64,000 bases of DNA from an uncultured delta proteobacterium (lineage in GTDB: Bacteria; Desulfobacterota; Syntrophia; Syntrophales; Smithellaceae), in contig CAVWEH010000001.1 in assembly GCA_963753975.1 (NCBI GenBank), forward strand, positions 320,001 through 384,000, read 5' to 3'. Each line of letters opens with the position of its first letter. Position 1 is the first letter of the stretch. Of the stretch, positions 20,171 through 31,639 are shown in pieces. The translations under genes were made by a program, and so were the position numbers. The notes below the pieces were generated by a model. It was not told where the DNA came from, made no database searches, and worked only from the letters and a program-made list of their open reading frames with translations.

Positions 20171-23100
20171 ATGCTATCAAGATTCTTTCTGGACCGTCCT
20201 GTCTTTGCCTGGGTCATTGCTATGATCATTATGGTGGTGGGCGGCCTGGCGATTTACAACCTGCCCATCACACAGTATCCCCCGATCGCTCCGCCTTCCA
20301 TCAGGGTTGGCTGCCTTTATCCCGGGGCCTCGGCGGAGACGGTGGAAGACAGCATAACACAGATCATCGAGCAGCAGATGACCGGGCTGGACAAAATGCT
20401 GTATATGTCCAGCAGCAGTGATTCGTCCGGCATTTCTCAGATCACGCTGACCTTCGCTCCGGGAACCGATCCGGACCTCGCCTGGGCCAAGGTGCAAAAC
20501 AAGCTCCAACTGGCGATGGCGCGACTGCCCCTAACGGTTCAGCAGCGCGGTGTCTCGGTCCGCAAATCCACCGCCAACTATCTGATGATCGTGGGTCTGG
20601 TTTCCGAAGACGGCAGCATGACCGATATTGACTTGAGAGATTATGCTTTGACCACTGTGCAGCAGGTGCTGGCGCGGGTGCCGGGTGTCGGGGAAGTGGA
20701 AGGATTCGGTGGCGAGTACGCCATGCGGATCTGGCTCAACCCCAACAAGCTGACGGTTTACGGCCTGACGGTGGACGATGTAATCAAGGCGCTTCAAGAC
20801 TACAACGTGGAAATATCCGGCGGCCAGTTCGGCGGGGCGCCGGCGGTGGCGGACCAGCGTCTCAACGCCAGCATTATCGTCCATAGCCTGCTTAAGACCC
20901 CCGAGGAGTTTGCCGAAATCCCCGTCCGCATCAATCCGGACAGCTCCATCGTGCGAATCAAGAACATCGGGCGGACGGAACTGGGGACCGATCTTGCCGA
21001 TACCTTCGCCTATTACAACGGCATGCCGGCGGCCGGGCTGGCCATCCGGCAGGAACCCGGCGCCAATGCGCTGGATACGGCCAACGCGATCCGGGCCAAG
21101 ATGACGGAGTTGAGCCGGTACTTTCCCCACGGCATGAAGGTCGTTTATCCCTACGACACCACTCCCTTTACCAGAGTGGCGATTGAGGAAGTGGTCAAGA
21201 CCCTTTTCGAGGCGATCTTGCTGGTTTTCCTGGTGATGTATCTGTTCATGGGCAACATGCGGGCCACCCTCATTCCGACTATCGCCGTGCCGGTGGTGCT
21301 TCTCGGCACCTTCGCGGTGCTGGGACTGTTCGGGTTTTCCATCAACATGCTGACCATGTTTGCCATGGTGCTGGCCATCGGCCTTTTGGTGGATGACGCC
21401 ATCGTCGTGGTGGAAAACGTCGAACGGATCATGAGCGAGGAAGGAATCTCACCCAAAGAAGCCACCGCCAAGTCCATGGATCAAATCACTCCCGCGCTGA
21501 TCGGCATCGGACTGGTGCTCTCGGCGGTGTTTGGGCCGATGGCGTTTTTCGCCGGCTCTACCGGCGTCATCTACCGCCAGTTTTCCATGACCGTCATCGC
21601 CGCCATGCTCCTTTCGCTGTTGGTGGCCTTGATTCTGACACCGGTCCTCTGCGCATCGCTCCTCAAGCCGGTGCCCAAGGGGCATGAACCGGCGGAAGGC
21701 GGAATATCTTTCCTTCGCCCGTTTTTCAGGTGGTTTGACAAAGTTTTTTTTCGATTCCGAGACCTGTACGTGAGAATAGTCGGTCACTCGTTAAACAAAA
21801 ACGTGCGCTATTTGTTTTTTTATCTCCTGATCGTGGCGGCGATGGGATTGCTGCTTCTGCATTTGCCTAAGAGTTATCTTCCGGATGAAGACCAGGGGAC
21901 ACTGTATGTCATGGCCACGCTTCCGTCGGGTTCCACACTGGAACAGACCAGGGAAGTAATGGACGATCGTCCAAAATCATTTTCAAGTGACAGAAAAAGA
22001 CGCGGTGGAAGGCCTTTTGACGATGAGCGGTCAGAACCAGGCCGGACGGGGACAGAACATCGGTATGGCCTTTGTCAAGCTCAGAGACTGGAAGCTGCGC
22101 TACCCGGCGGGAGTTGAGGGCCGACGCCGTGGCCGACAGGGCCATGCGGGCGTTTTCTCAGATCCGCAACGCCAGGGTGTTCGCCTTCACGCCGCCGGCG
22201 GTCATCGAACTGGGCAATGCCAAGGGTTTTGACTTTCAATTGCAGGACCGTGGCGGCCTGGGTCACGAGGGTCTGATGGCGGCCCGCAACCAACTCCTCG
22301 CTATGGCGGCCAAGGATCCGCGATTGACCCGGGTGCGGCCCAACGGATTGGAAGATAGCCCCCAATACCGGATTGATGTGGATTGGGAAAAGGCCGGCGC
22401 CCTGGGGGTTCCTATCTCTGCCATTCACAACACTATTTCGGCAGAATTTGGCAGTGCCTATGTCAACGACTTTATTAAAGGCGGACGGGTTAAGCACGTG
22501 GACATTCAGGCCGACGCCCCGTACCGCATGTTGCCCAGTGACCTGGAAAGACTCTATGTGCGCAACAACGCGGGCAAGATGGTTCCTTATTCCGCTTTTG
22601 CAACCGGGCACTGGGCCTTCGGTTCTCCCAAGCTGGAGCGCTACAATGCGTTTTCTTCCATAAATATCTGGGGAGAAGCGGCGCCGGGCAGGAGTTCCGG
22701 TGAGGCGATGCAGGCCATGGAGGAGATTGCCTCGAAGTTACCCAAAGAAATCGGTTTTGACTGGACCGGGCTTTCCTACCAGGAACGGCAAGCCGGTACC
22801 CAGGCTGCCCCGCTCTATGCATTTTCAATTCTGATCATCTTCCTGTGCGTAGCGGCCCTGTATGAGAGTTGGACCGTTCCCATCTCGATCCTCTTGGCCC
22901 TCCCCCTGGGGGCGCTCGGCGGCGCTATTGCCTCGAACATGCGGGGAATGCCCAACGACATCTATTTTCAGATCGGCCTCTTGACCATTCTGGGCTTGAC
23001 CACAAAAAACGCCATTCTGATCGTCCAATTCGCCAAGGCCCGAGTGGAAGGAGGAATGGATCTGGTCGAGGCGACTCTGGAGGGGGCCAAACTGAGGCTT

Positions 23101-23424
23101 CGTCCCATTATCATGACCTCGCTGGCCTTCGGATTCGGGATACTACCGCTGGTGCTGGCGAGCGGCGCGGGCGCAGGCGCCCAAAAGGCCATCGGCACCG
23201 GTGCGCTGGGTGGGGTAGTGACCGCCACTTTCCTGGTAACCTTATTTGCGCCGCTCTTCTATGTCTTGATTGAGAAAACCTTCGGCAAACACAGGAAGAA
23301 TAAAACAGCCCTGGTAACCTTATTTGCGCCGCTCCTCCATGCGTTGATCGAGAAACCCTTTGGCAAACACAGGAAGAATAAAACAGCCAAGACAGACAGC
23401 GCAAATCCATCAAGGGATAAATGA
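20171..23424 (+). CDS. acrB: HAE1 RND permease (AcrB/MexB-like); two frameshifts as sequenced (about 21964, 22104)
   Basis: FFLDRPVFAWV, GLLVDDAIVVVENVER, TTKNAILIV, RLRPIIMTSLAF; proton-relay residues intact. Confidence 0.92.
23233..23388 (+). repeat. Diverged 78-bp in-frame tandem duplication at the 3' end of acrB
   Basis: LVTLFAPLFYVLIEKTFGKHRKNKTA / LVTLFAPLLHALIEKPFGKHRKNKTA; units 23233-23310 and 23311-23388. Confidence 0.92.
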
Positions 23425-23425
23425 C

Positions 23426-24833
23426 ATGAATAAAAAATGGTTTCTTCTACTGGGCCTAATAATCTTCCTTCTGGGTGGTTGCACGCTGGCCCCGAAATAT
23501 ACACGGCCGGATGCGCCGGTGCCTGCCCAATGGCCGACCGGTGCAGCCTACAAGGAAACGAAGTTAGTGGCATCTGCTCCGGCAGTAGCGGAGTTGCCGT
23601 GGCGGGACTTTTTCACCGATGAACATCTGCAGAAGGTCATCGGGATCGCTTTGGACAACAACCGCGATCTGCGGTTAGCGGCCTTGAATGTCGAAAGGGC
23701 GCGCGCTTTGTACGGCATTCAGCGAGCCGAACTGTTGCCCGCAGTTGATGCGGTTGGCCTGATAAGTAAACAAGGTATTCCGGCTGATCTTTCAACCACC
23801 GGGTCCGCGACGACTGCCGTACAATATGGCGTCAATCTGGGCATCATCTCTTGGGAAATTGACTTCTTCGGTCGCATCCGCAGCCTGAAAGATCAAGCCT
23901 TGGAGGAGTATCTGTCTACGGAGGATGCTCGCCGTAGTACTCAAATCTCGCTGGTGTCGGCGGTAGCGCAAGCATATCTGACCCTGGCTGCAGATCGGGA
24001 AACCCTCAAGCTGGTGGCCTCCACCCTGGAAGCTCAGGAGGCCTCCTACAAATTGATCCAGAAGCGCTGTGATGTGGGACTCGCCTCCGAATTGGATCTC
24101 CGGCGTGCACAAAGCCAGGTGGATACGGCCAGAGGAGACGTTGCCCGCTATACGCAACTGGCGGCGCAGGATGAAAATGTCTTGAATCTTCTGGTCGGTT
24201 CCCCCCTGCCAGCAGCGCTCTTACCGGCGGAGTTGGGTAGTGTCAGCCCACCCAAAGAGATTTCTCCCGGCCTGTCTTCCGAACTGCTTTTGCGTCGGCC
24301 GGATGTACTGGCGGCGGAACATCAGCTTAAGGCGGCCAACGCCAATATCGGTGCTGCCCGAGCGGCTTTTTTCCCCGACATCTCTCTGACGACCGCCATC
24401 GGAACCGCCAGCGCAGATCTATCCGGACTCTTCAAATCCGGCCAGGGCACGTGGCTCTTCGCACCGCAGATCATCATGCCGATTTTTGATGCCCGCACGT
24501 GGTCGGCATACGATGTAACAAAAGTAGATAGGGAAATATCCGTGGCCCAATACGAAAAAGTGATCCAGACGGCTTTTCGGGAAGTGGCTGATGCCCTTGC
24601 CGTCCGGGGCACGGTGAACCAGCAGATAGCAGCGCAGCAATCGCTGGTCGATGCTGTTGCAGAAACCTATCGCCTTTCCACGTTGCGCTATGACAAAGGG
24701 AATCGACAACTATCTCAGTGTTCTCGATGCACAGCGTTCACTCTATGGCGCACAACAGGGATTAATCGTTCTTCGCCTTGCCCGGCGCGCTAATGCAGTC
24801 GTGCTCTATAAGGTGTTGGGCGGAGGTGAGTGA
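23426..24833 (+). CDS. oprM: OprM/NodT family outer-membrane efflux lipoprotein; frameshift near 24699 as sequenced
   Basis: Lipobox [31 protein letters not shown]; shifted tail [11 protein letters not shown]...LYKVLGGG. Confidence 0.88.
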
Positions 24834-24935
24834 AGGAGGTCTTGAAAATGTATCGGCTAACCTCGCTCTAGTTTAAAGGCATTTACTTTTCCTTTAGAAG
24901 AAGCATGCAGCTAGATTAAACGGGGGAGATGTGTT

Positions 24936-25061
24936 ATGGCCCGCCAAAAAGTTACCCGCAGACAAAAAGATATCTCTAGGCTCTTGCGTGAAAAAAAATA
25001 TAATCCGCGCCATCAGTCGAAAAAAGATAACAAATTTCCTTTAAAAAGACGCAGCAGTTGA
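24936..25061 (+). CDS. Small basic protein, 41 aa (not in ORF track)
   Basis: GGGGGAG RBS, then MARQKVTRRQKDISRLLREKKYNPRHQSKKDNKFPLKRRSS*. Confidence 0.45.
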   Translation: MARQKVTRRQKDISRLLREKKYNPRHQSKKDNKFPLKRRSS

Positions 25062-25095
25062 CCGATTATGAAAGCCAATGTCAATAATATAACTC

Positions 25096-26148
25096 TCAAT
25101 TTTTATGAAAAGCGCCGCTCAACTGGCCGCAGGCGGCAAGAATGTCGCTGCCGCGGCTCTTGCGGATCATGGTTGTATAATGTTTTTTTATTAGCAGCTT
25201 CTGAAAAGCCTCTACCTCCTCTGGCGGCGGCGCTTTGAAAGAGGATCCGGGTATTTCGTTAAGAACAATCAAATTTATTTTACAGCGCTGACCCTTAAGT
25301 AGATTGGCTAATTTTTCCGCGTTGTGCACGGAAGAATTAACGCCGTCAATTAAAATATATTCAAAGGTAAGCAGCCTCCGACCGGGCATGGGATATTGCC
25401 TGCAAGCGTTGAGTAATGCTTTCAGAGGATATTTTTTATTGACCGGCATGAGCTCATTTCTCGTTCTATCGTCGGGTGCGTTGAGGGATACAGCAAGATT
25501 AATACAAATATCCTTTCCCAACTGAATTATTTGCGGAGCCAGGCCGCAGGTGGAAATCGTGATTTTCCGGTTGGAAATACCAAGGCCGAAATCACAGGTC
25601 AGAATATTTATCGCCTTGAGTGTATTTTTATAATTGGCCAGAGGTTCACCCATGCCCATCATCACAATGTTTTTGATATTGAGGCCTTCGGGTGTTTCCT
25701 GTCTCAGAGCTATAAGTTGTCCGACAATTTCCGCAGGTTGTAAATTTCTTTTTAATCCCCAGCGCCCCGTCAGGCAAAACTCACAACCCATGGCGCAGCC
25801 GGCTTGAGTGGAGATACAAATTGTCCAGTGGTTTTTACCGGGGATTAAAACACTTTCGATAAAAAGCCCGTCTTCCAGACGCAAGAGAGCTTTCTTCGTT
25901 CCATCCTTGGATTTTTGAACTTTAATGATTTGCGGCCGCTGGATACGGGAAATTTCGGCAAGCTTGTCACGAAAATCGCGCGAAAGAGTGGTCATCTCGG
26001 CAAAAGAAACGCTGCCTTTCTGATGCAGCCATTTCATTATTTGCCGTGCGCGGAATTTTTCCTTACCCAGGGAGGAAATTAATACCTCCATTTCCTCGAG
26101 AGTGAAATCCAGCAAATTGGGCAGTGGATTTTCAGCGCTTTTAGCCAT
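25096..26148 (-). CDS. rlmN: 23S rRNA m2A2503 / tRNA methyltransferase RlmN
   Basis: [36 protein letters not shown]. Confidence 0.96.
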   Translation of the reverse strand: MAKSAENPLPNLLDFTLEEMEVLISSLGKEKFRARQIMKWLHQKGSVSFAEMTTLSRDFRDKLAEISRIQRPQIIKVQKSKDGTKKALLRLEDGLFIESVLIPGKNHWTICISTQAGCAMGCEFCLTGRWGLKRNLQPAEIVGQLIALRQETPEGLNIKNIVMMGMGEPLANYKNTLKAINILTCDFGLGISNRKITISTCGLAPQIIQLGKDICINLAVSLNAPDDRTRNELMPVNKKYPLKALLNACRQYPMPGRRLLTFEYILIDGVNSSVHNAEKLANLLKGQRCKINLIVLNEIPGSSFKAPPPEEVEAFQKLLIKKHYTTMIRKSRGSDILAACGQLSGAFHKN

Positions 26149-27364
26149 TGAATTTTTTCTGCAGGGTAGCGGCTATGGCGTCAATAAAACCTGCCGTATT
26201 TACTTTTTTGTTGGAAGCTTTCTTTTCGGCCAGTGCCAGCAGATCACCGGTCATTGTGCCGCTCTCCACTGTGGCAACAGCTGCCTCTTCAAGTTTTTCG
26301 GCAAACTTTATCACCTCTGTGGTACCATCCAACTCTCCGCGTTTGCGCAAACCGCCCGTCCAGGCAAAGATCAGCGCCATTGAATTGCTCGAAGTTTCTT
26401 CGCCCTGCAAATGCTTATAATAGTGCTTCTGTACAGTACCGTGAGCGGCCTCAAATTCAAACCAGCCATTCGGTGAAACCAGCACGGATGTCATCATGGC
26501 CAGCGAGCCGTTGGCGGAAGCAATCATATCCGACATGACATCACCGTCGTAGTTTTTCAGCGCCCAAAGCATACCGCCTTCACTTTTCATAATGCGCGCC
26601 ACGGCATCGTCAATCAGGGTAAAGAAGTATTCAATGCCCGCTTTTTTAAATTTTTCTTTCCAGTTTTGCTCGAATTCACGGTTGAAGATTTCGCGAAAAC
26701 CGGCATCGTATATTTTGGAAATAGTATCTTTGGTGGAAAACCACAAATCAATTTTTTCGCTTAACGCGTAAGTAAAGCAGGCTTGGGCAAAACTCAAAAT
26801 GGATTGGTTAAGGTTATGGTTGACTTGAATTATTCCCGCCGAGGGGAAATCTTTAACTAGAATATTTTTTGATTTGCTGCCGTTCTGGGGAGTAAAAACA
26901 ATTTCGAATTTCCCCGCCGTCGGAATTGCCATTTCAAAACTATTATAAACATCGCCGTAAGCATGGCGGCCTATGGTTATCGGTTTTTTCCAGGAAGAAA
27001 CCGCGGGTCGTATATTATTCACCAAAATCGGTTTTCGGAAAACCGTGCCGTCGAGCATCGCGCGAATGGTGCCGTTAGGGCTTTTCCATGCCTTTTTCAA
27101 ATTGTATTCATTCACGCGATCTTCGTTCGGAGTTATGGTGGCACACTTAATTCCGACGCCGTATTTCATAATCGCGCGGGCAGCATCAACAGTAACCCGG
27201 TCATCGGTATCATCCCGATGTTTTATATGCAAATCATAGTAGTCAATATTCATATCCAGATAAGGAAAGAGCAGTTTATCTTTGACCATTTGCCACATGA
27301 CGCGGGTCATTTCATCACCATCCATTTCCACGATAGTAGTTTTAACCCTGATCTTTTTCGCCAT
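26141..27364 (-). CDS. icd: NADP-dependent isocitrate dehydrogenase (eukaryote-like homodimeric subfamily)
   Basis: [48 protein letters not shown]. Confidence 0.96.
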   Translation of the reverse strand: MAKKIRVKTTIVEMDGDEMTRVMWQMVKDKLLFPYLDMNIDYYDLHIKHRDDTDDRVTVDAARAIMKYGVGIKCATITPNEDRVNEYNLKKAWKSPNGTIRAMLDGTVFRKPILVNNIRPAVSSWKKPITIGRHAYGDVYNSFEMAIPTAGKFEIVFTPQNGSKSKNILVKDFPSAGIIQVNHNLNQSILSFAQACFTYALSEKIDLWFSTKDTISKIYDAGFREIFNREFEQNWKEKFKKAGIEYFFTLIDDAVARIMKSEGGMLWALKNYDGDVMSDMIASANGSLAMMTSVLVSPNGWFEFEAAHGTVQKHYYKHLQGEETSSNSMALIFAWTGGLRKRGELDGTTEVIKFAEKLEEAAVATVESGTMTGDLLALAEKKASNKKVNTAGFIDAIAATLQKKFNG

Positions 27365-27390
27365 AAAAAAATGTCGCTCCGAAACTTTAT

Positions 27391-27530
27391 TTGTGAAACT
27401 CCAATTCCGAAAGCGAAGCGTATAACCTGAAGGTCACACGTCGGAATTGGCAAGTTGTAATGAGACCCAAGCTTCAGAAACAGAGTGCGCTGAAGCTTGC
27501 AGGTCGAATTATCCCGCGAAACGGAGGGCA
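27391..27530. repeat. Composite palindromic repeat with two inserted modules (18 nt and 49 nt)
   Basis: Aligns to the reverse complement of 60241-60316 except for extra segments 27421-27438 and 27458-27506. Confidence 0.8.
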
Positions 27531-27574
27531 TGAACCATAAAGCGTGCTTCGGGGTTCATGCCCGTGGGTGATTT

Positions 27575-29509
27575 TTATTTTACGCTGCGGACGTTCAGCG
27601 CCCCGCCGGCCAAAAGTATTTGCCTTTGCCTTGCGGAGAAGGCGCAGGAAACCCCAAAAGAGATGCCCTTGGTTTTGTTTTGTACCAGAATATCGCCGCC
27701 TGCAGTAATTATTTTTCTGGCTTCGGCGATTTCCAAATCATCTCCCTGATTGATTTTGTCATAGTCGCCCTCGACTTTAAAGGTAAGCGGCAATATGCCG
27801 AAATTAACTAAATTGGCGGCATGAATTCTTTCCAGAGATTTGGCCATTACCGCGCGCACGCCCAGAAACATGGGACATAAAGCGGCATGTTCGCGCGAAG
27901 AGCCCTGTCCGTATGATAAGCCCGCGATGATAATGTTTTCTTTTCCCGATTCCTTTATTTTGCGTGCGCGAGTCGCAAAACCGGCATCGATATTTCCAAA
28001 AACAAACTCGGAGTACTTCGGAATGTTCGAGCGGTATTTCATCCGCGCACCGGCGGGGAGAATGTGATCGGTCGTAATCTTGTCGCCTACCTTTATCGTA
28101 ACCTGCGCTTGAATAATCTCCGGCAGTGCCGAATTTTTAGGCACAGAGACGATATTCGGGCCGCGGTAAATTTCCGTGCCGGTGTTTTTTTTGTGCGGCC
28201 AAATAATCATCGAGTCGTCGATTAAGAACTTTTCCGGCATTTTGACTTTGGGATAAGGAATTTTTAAGTCGCGTGGATCGGTAAATTTTCCCGTGATTAA
28301 TGCGGCTGCGGCTGTTTCCGGGCTGACGAGATAAACGTCGGCGTCCGCCGTTCCCGAGCGCCCCAGGAAATTGCGGTTGGATGTGCGCAGTGATACGGCG
28401 CCGGACCCAGGGCTTTGGCTGTTGCCGATGCAAAAGCCGCAGGCGTTTTCCATAATTCGCGCTCCGGAGGAAATCAGGCAGGCCAGATATCCGCTAGAGG
28501 TCAGATTTTCCAGCACCTGGCGGGAGCCCGGCGCCAAAATAAAACTAACATCTGGATGCACTACCTTGCCTTTTAATATTTTGGCCACCGTGACCAAATC
28601 TTTATAGGAAGAGTTGGTACAGCTCCCCAGGCATACTTGATCCACGGCAATTTTTTTCATACTCTTAACCGTGCCGATATTATCCGGGCTGTGGGGCTTG
28701 GCCGTTAGTGGTTCGATCCGGGATAAGTCAATATCAACTACTCTGGCGTAAGTCGCTTCTTCGTCGGCGCTTAGTTTCATGAAATCTTTTTTGCGTTGCT
28801 GCGAGCTGAGGAATTGACGCGTCATTTCATCGCTGGGAAAAATGGATGTGGTCACACCGCACTCTGCTCCCATATTGGTTATCGTGGCGCGCTCCGGTAC
28901 GCTAAGAGTGGCAGCGCCTCTTCCGCCATACTCGAATACCGTACCGACGTTTCCTTTAGTGGTGAAAACTTCCAGCACTTTAAGGATAACATCTTTGGCG
29001 GAAATCCAGGGCTTAAGCTTGCCGGTAAGATTGATTTTAATGACCTTTGGGCAAGTGAAGTAAAATGGTTCACCGGCCATAGCCAGCGCGACATCGAGAC
29101 CTCCGACGCCGATGGCGATCATGCCTAAAGCGCCGCAAGTAGGAGTATGGCTGTCCGAGCCGATTAGCGTTTTTGCGGGTTTACCGAATCTTTCGAGATG
29201 TACCTGGTGGCAGATACCGTTTCCGGCGCGGGAAAGAACGATGCCGTATTTTTGCGCTACAGACTGCAAATAACGTTGGTCGTCCGCGTTTTCAAAACCA
29301 ACCTGAATTGTGTTATGGTCGATGTAGCTTACGGATAACTCGGTTTTTGCTTTCGGTACATTCATGGCCTCGAATTCAAGATAGGCCAGAGTTCCGGTAG
29401 CATCCTGTGTAAGAGTTTGATCGATGCGGATGCCTATCTCTTCTCCGGGCACGAGTTTGCCCGAAACCAAATGTTGCCCAAGAATTTTTTCTACTAAATT
29501 TTTTCCCAT
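27575..29509 (-). CDS. Aconitate hydratase (short single-chain type, about 645 aa)
   Basis: QDATGT, GNGICHQ, GSDSHT, GSCTN, CGFCIG, RTSNRNF, TTDHI, GSSREHA; adjacent to icd. Confidence 0.92.
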   Translation of the reverse strand: MGKNLVEKILGQHLVSGKLVPGEEIGIRIDQTLTQDATGTLAYLEFEAMNVPKAKTELSVSYIDHNTIQVGFENADDQRYLQSVAQKYGIVLSRAGNGICHQVHLERFGKPAKTLIGSDSHTPTCGALGMIAIGVGGLDVALAMAGEPFYFTCPKVIKINLTGKLKPWISAKDVILKVLEVFTTKGNVGTVFEYGGRGAATLSVPERATITNMGAECGVTTSIFPSDEMTRQFLSSQQRKKDFMKLSADEEATYARVVDIDLSRIEPLTAKPHSPDNIGTVKSMKKIAVDQVCLGSCTNSSYKDLVTVAKILKGKVVHPDVSFILAPGSRQVLENLTSSGYLACLISSGARIMENACGFCIGNSQSPGSGAVSLRTSNRNFLGRSGTADADVYLVSPETAAAALITGKFTDPRDLKIPYPKVKMPEKFLIDDSMIIWPHKKNTGTEIYRGPNIVSVPKNSALPEIIQAQVTIKVGDKITTDHILPAGARMKYRSNIPKYSEFVFGNIDAGFATRARKIKESGKENIIIAGLSYGQGSSREHAALCPMFLGVRAVMAKSLERIHAANLVNFGILPLTFKVEGDYDKINQGDDLEIAEARKIITAGGDILVQNKTKGISFGVSCAFSARQRQILLAGGALNVRSVK

Positions 29510-29512
29510 CAA

Positions 29513-30193
29513 CTATTCCTTGGGCAGGAGAATTATCGCAATGCGGCGATTTTTAGCCCGTCCCTCGGGTGTCGAATTATCCGCTATCGGCTGATATTCG
29601 CCGAAAGCCGTTGCGGAAAGAATCTTGGGATCAATGCCCCCCTGCTGCAGATATTTGGTGACGTTAATTGCGCGCGCATAGGAGAGATCCCAGTTGGTCG
29701 GATATTTCTTGGCCAATCTGCCTATTATCTTTACATTATCGGTATGCCCTTCAACGCGGATATTCTTGTCCTTTACGTTCTTTAAGATATCCACGACTCT
29801 TTTCAGCACGGCGAGACCCTCTTCCTTCACTTCCGCTTCGCCGGAATCAAAAAGAATTTTATCCACTACATCCATCGTCAGCTTGCCCTTGAGTTCGGTG
29901 ATCGTAATTTGTCCTTTTGCAATTTCGCCCTTCATCTCCTGGAGTAAATCTTTATAGGTGTTGCTGGCTGCTTCGACTTCCTTTGATTTTTTTTCTAATT
30001 TGACGGTACTTTCCTTAAGAGCGGTATTTTCATCGGAGAGGGCTTTATTTTTTTCTTGTTGGGCGGCCAGTTCCTTACTCAAATTGTCGGCCTCTGCCGA
30101 TTTTTTCATATATTTATCTTCCGAAACCCCGCAGCCGCTGCAAAATAGGACCATGATAAAAATGCCGGTGAAAACATAGATTTTTCTTTTCAT
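29513..30193 (-). CDS. OmpA/MotB domain lipoprotein with coiled coil
   Basis: Lipobox-like CSGC, ILFDSG, VEGHTDN, NWDLSYARA, GRAKNRRI. Confidence 0.9.
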   Translation of the reverse strand: MKRKIYVFTGIFIMVLFCSGCGVSEDKYMKKSAEADNLSKELAAQQEKNKALSDENTALKESTVKLEKKSKEVEAASNTYKDLLQEMKGEIAKGQITITELKGKLTMDVVDKILFDSGEAEVKEEGLAVLKRVVDILKNVKDKNIRVEGHTDNVKIIGRLAKKYPTNWDLSYARAINVTKYLQQGGIDPKILSATAFGEYQPIADNSTPEGRAKNRRIAIILLPKE

Positions 30194-30330
30194 AATAATT
30201 CCTCCTTATTTGTCGGATATTGCCATTATGTAAACGGAACTGAAAACAAATCAAATAGCCGCTACATGTAAATCCATATAATAAACTCGCTGGATAATCA
30301 ACTGGCAAAACCTTTGCTGACGGCCCGGCT

Positions 30331-31260
30331 TCACACCCCTTCGTTATCCAGCCCTTTTATTCGGACAGCACGCTGAAATCTTTTTTGAAAATAGGGGGTA
30401 TCCAGACTGTCAATGCGAACGACTTTCCTTGTTGAGGAAGCGTGTACAAATTCATTATTGCCGATGTAAATTCCCACGTGTCCCAGTGGCCTGCGGGTAC
30501 GGAAGAAAACAAGATCGCCTTCCTCCAATTCCCCGCGGTCGATGCTCATGCCGACTTTGGATTGCGCGCGGGTGTTACGAGGCAAATCTATGTCGAAAAT
30601 TTGATAAATCTTGCGAACAAAAGCGGAACAGTCAATTCCTTTGAGGCTGGAGCCGCCTAGTCTGTATGGCGCGCCCAAAAAGCCTATCGCCACTTTAACT
30701 AATAATTGTCTCTCATCGGGGCTGCGCCATTTTCCTAATAGCTCTTCATGCTTTTGCCGGTCCTTTTCCATTTTGGCCGGATCACTTTTTTCCCCGTTGT
30801 TTTCATTATCTTTAACATCTTTATTATCTTCATCTATGAGCTTATTTTCTGAAAGCCTCGTTGACTTTGCCAGAACTAATTTCCGGCCGATGCGCAAACT
30901 TTTCGGACGGATATTGTTAAGAGCCATTATTTGTTTTACGGGAACTCCTGTTTTTCGGGCGATTGTGGACAGGGTATCTCCACTTTTAACGGTGTAATAA
31001 ACAGCCCGTTTAACCTCCGGTTTCGGCCCGGCAGTAGAAACTGCGGCGTTCTTTTCGGAAATGATTAAAACCTGATTTGGCTGAAGTATAGTTTTCGTAA
31101 GGTTGTTGGCTTCTTTTATTTCCTCTACACTAATGCCGGATTCTTTGGATATGCTTTTTAAACTGTCGCCGGTTTTTACCGCGTATTCTTTCGGCAGAGC
31201 ACTGTTGATAAAGAACAATGATAAAAACAGGAAAAATACAAAAAACTGCCACTTCCTCAT
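30331..31260 (-). CDS. LysM x2 + NlpC/P60 peptidoglycan endopeptidase
   Basis: Two LysM repeats (YAVKTGDSL, YTVKSGDTL); GIDCSAF, HVGIYIG, FVHASS. Confidence 0.93.
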   Translation of the reverse strand: MRKWQFFVFFLFLSLFFINSALPKEYAVKTGDSLKSISKESGISVEEIKEANNLTKTILQPNQVLIISEKNAAVSTAGPKPEVKRAVYYTVKSGDTLSTIARKTGVPVKQIMALNNIRPKSLRIGRKLVLAKSTRLSENKLIDEDNKDVKDNENNGEKSDPAKMEKDRQKHEELLGKWRSPDERQLLVKVAIGFLGAPYRLGGSSLKGIDCSAFVRKIYQIFDIDLPRNTRAQSKVGMSIDRGELEEGDLVFFRTRRPLGHVGIYIGNNEFVHASSTRKVVRIDSLDTPYFQKRFQRAVRIKGLDNEGV

Positions 31261-31639
31261 TAAGTACCTCCTTTTAGCATGCGGTTTCCCTTTTTGTTAA
31301 AAACACAGAAGCATCTCCCGATGACTTATAAGTGCCGGAATGTAAGGGGTAATTTACTGCAAAGAGAATGAAAAATATTTGCCGACAACATGCCTTTAAC
31401 TTTGGGGGCAGTTACATACTAAAAATGTATTCACCTGTCAAATTTATTTTGCAATCTACGATAAAAAGGTATAGGAAACGACACTCAAAAATTTAAAGTT
31501 TAGTGGAGCCCCCTATGGCAGGAGCCGGAGGCGCCCTAAAATAACGCGACCTCCCGCGGGTCACGGTGCTTTTCTCCTCCGGCCGGAGCTGAGCGATTCC
31601 AAGTCGCGGGATTGAAAACTCGTCAAAATTACGGCAAGG

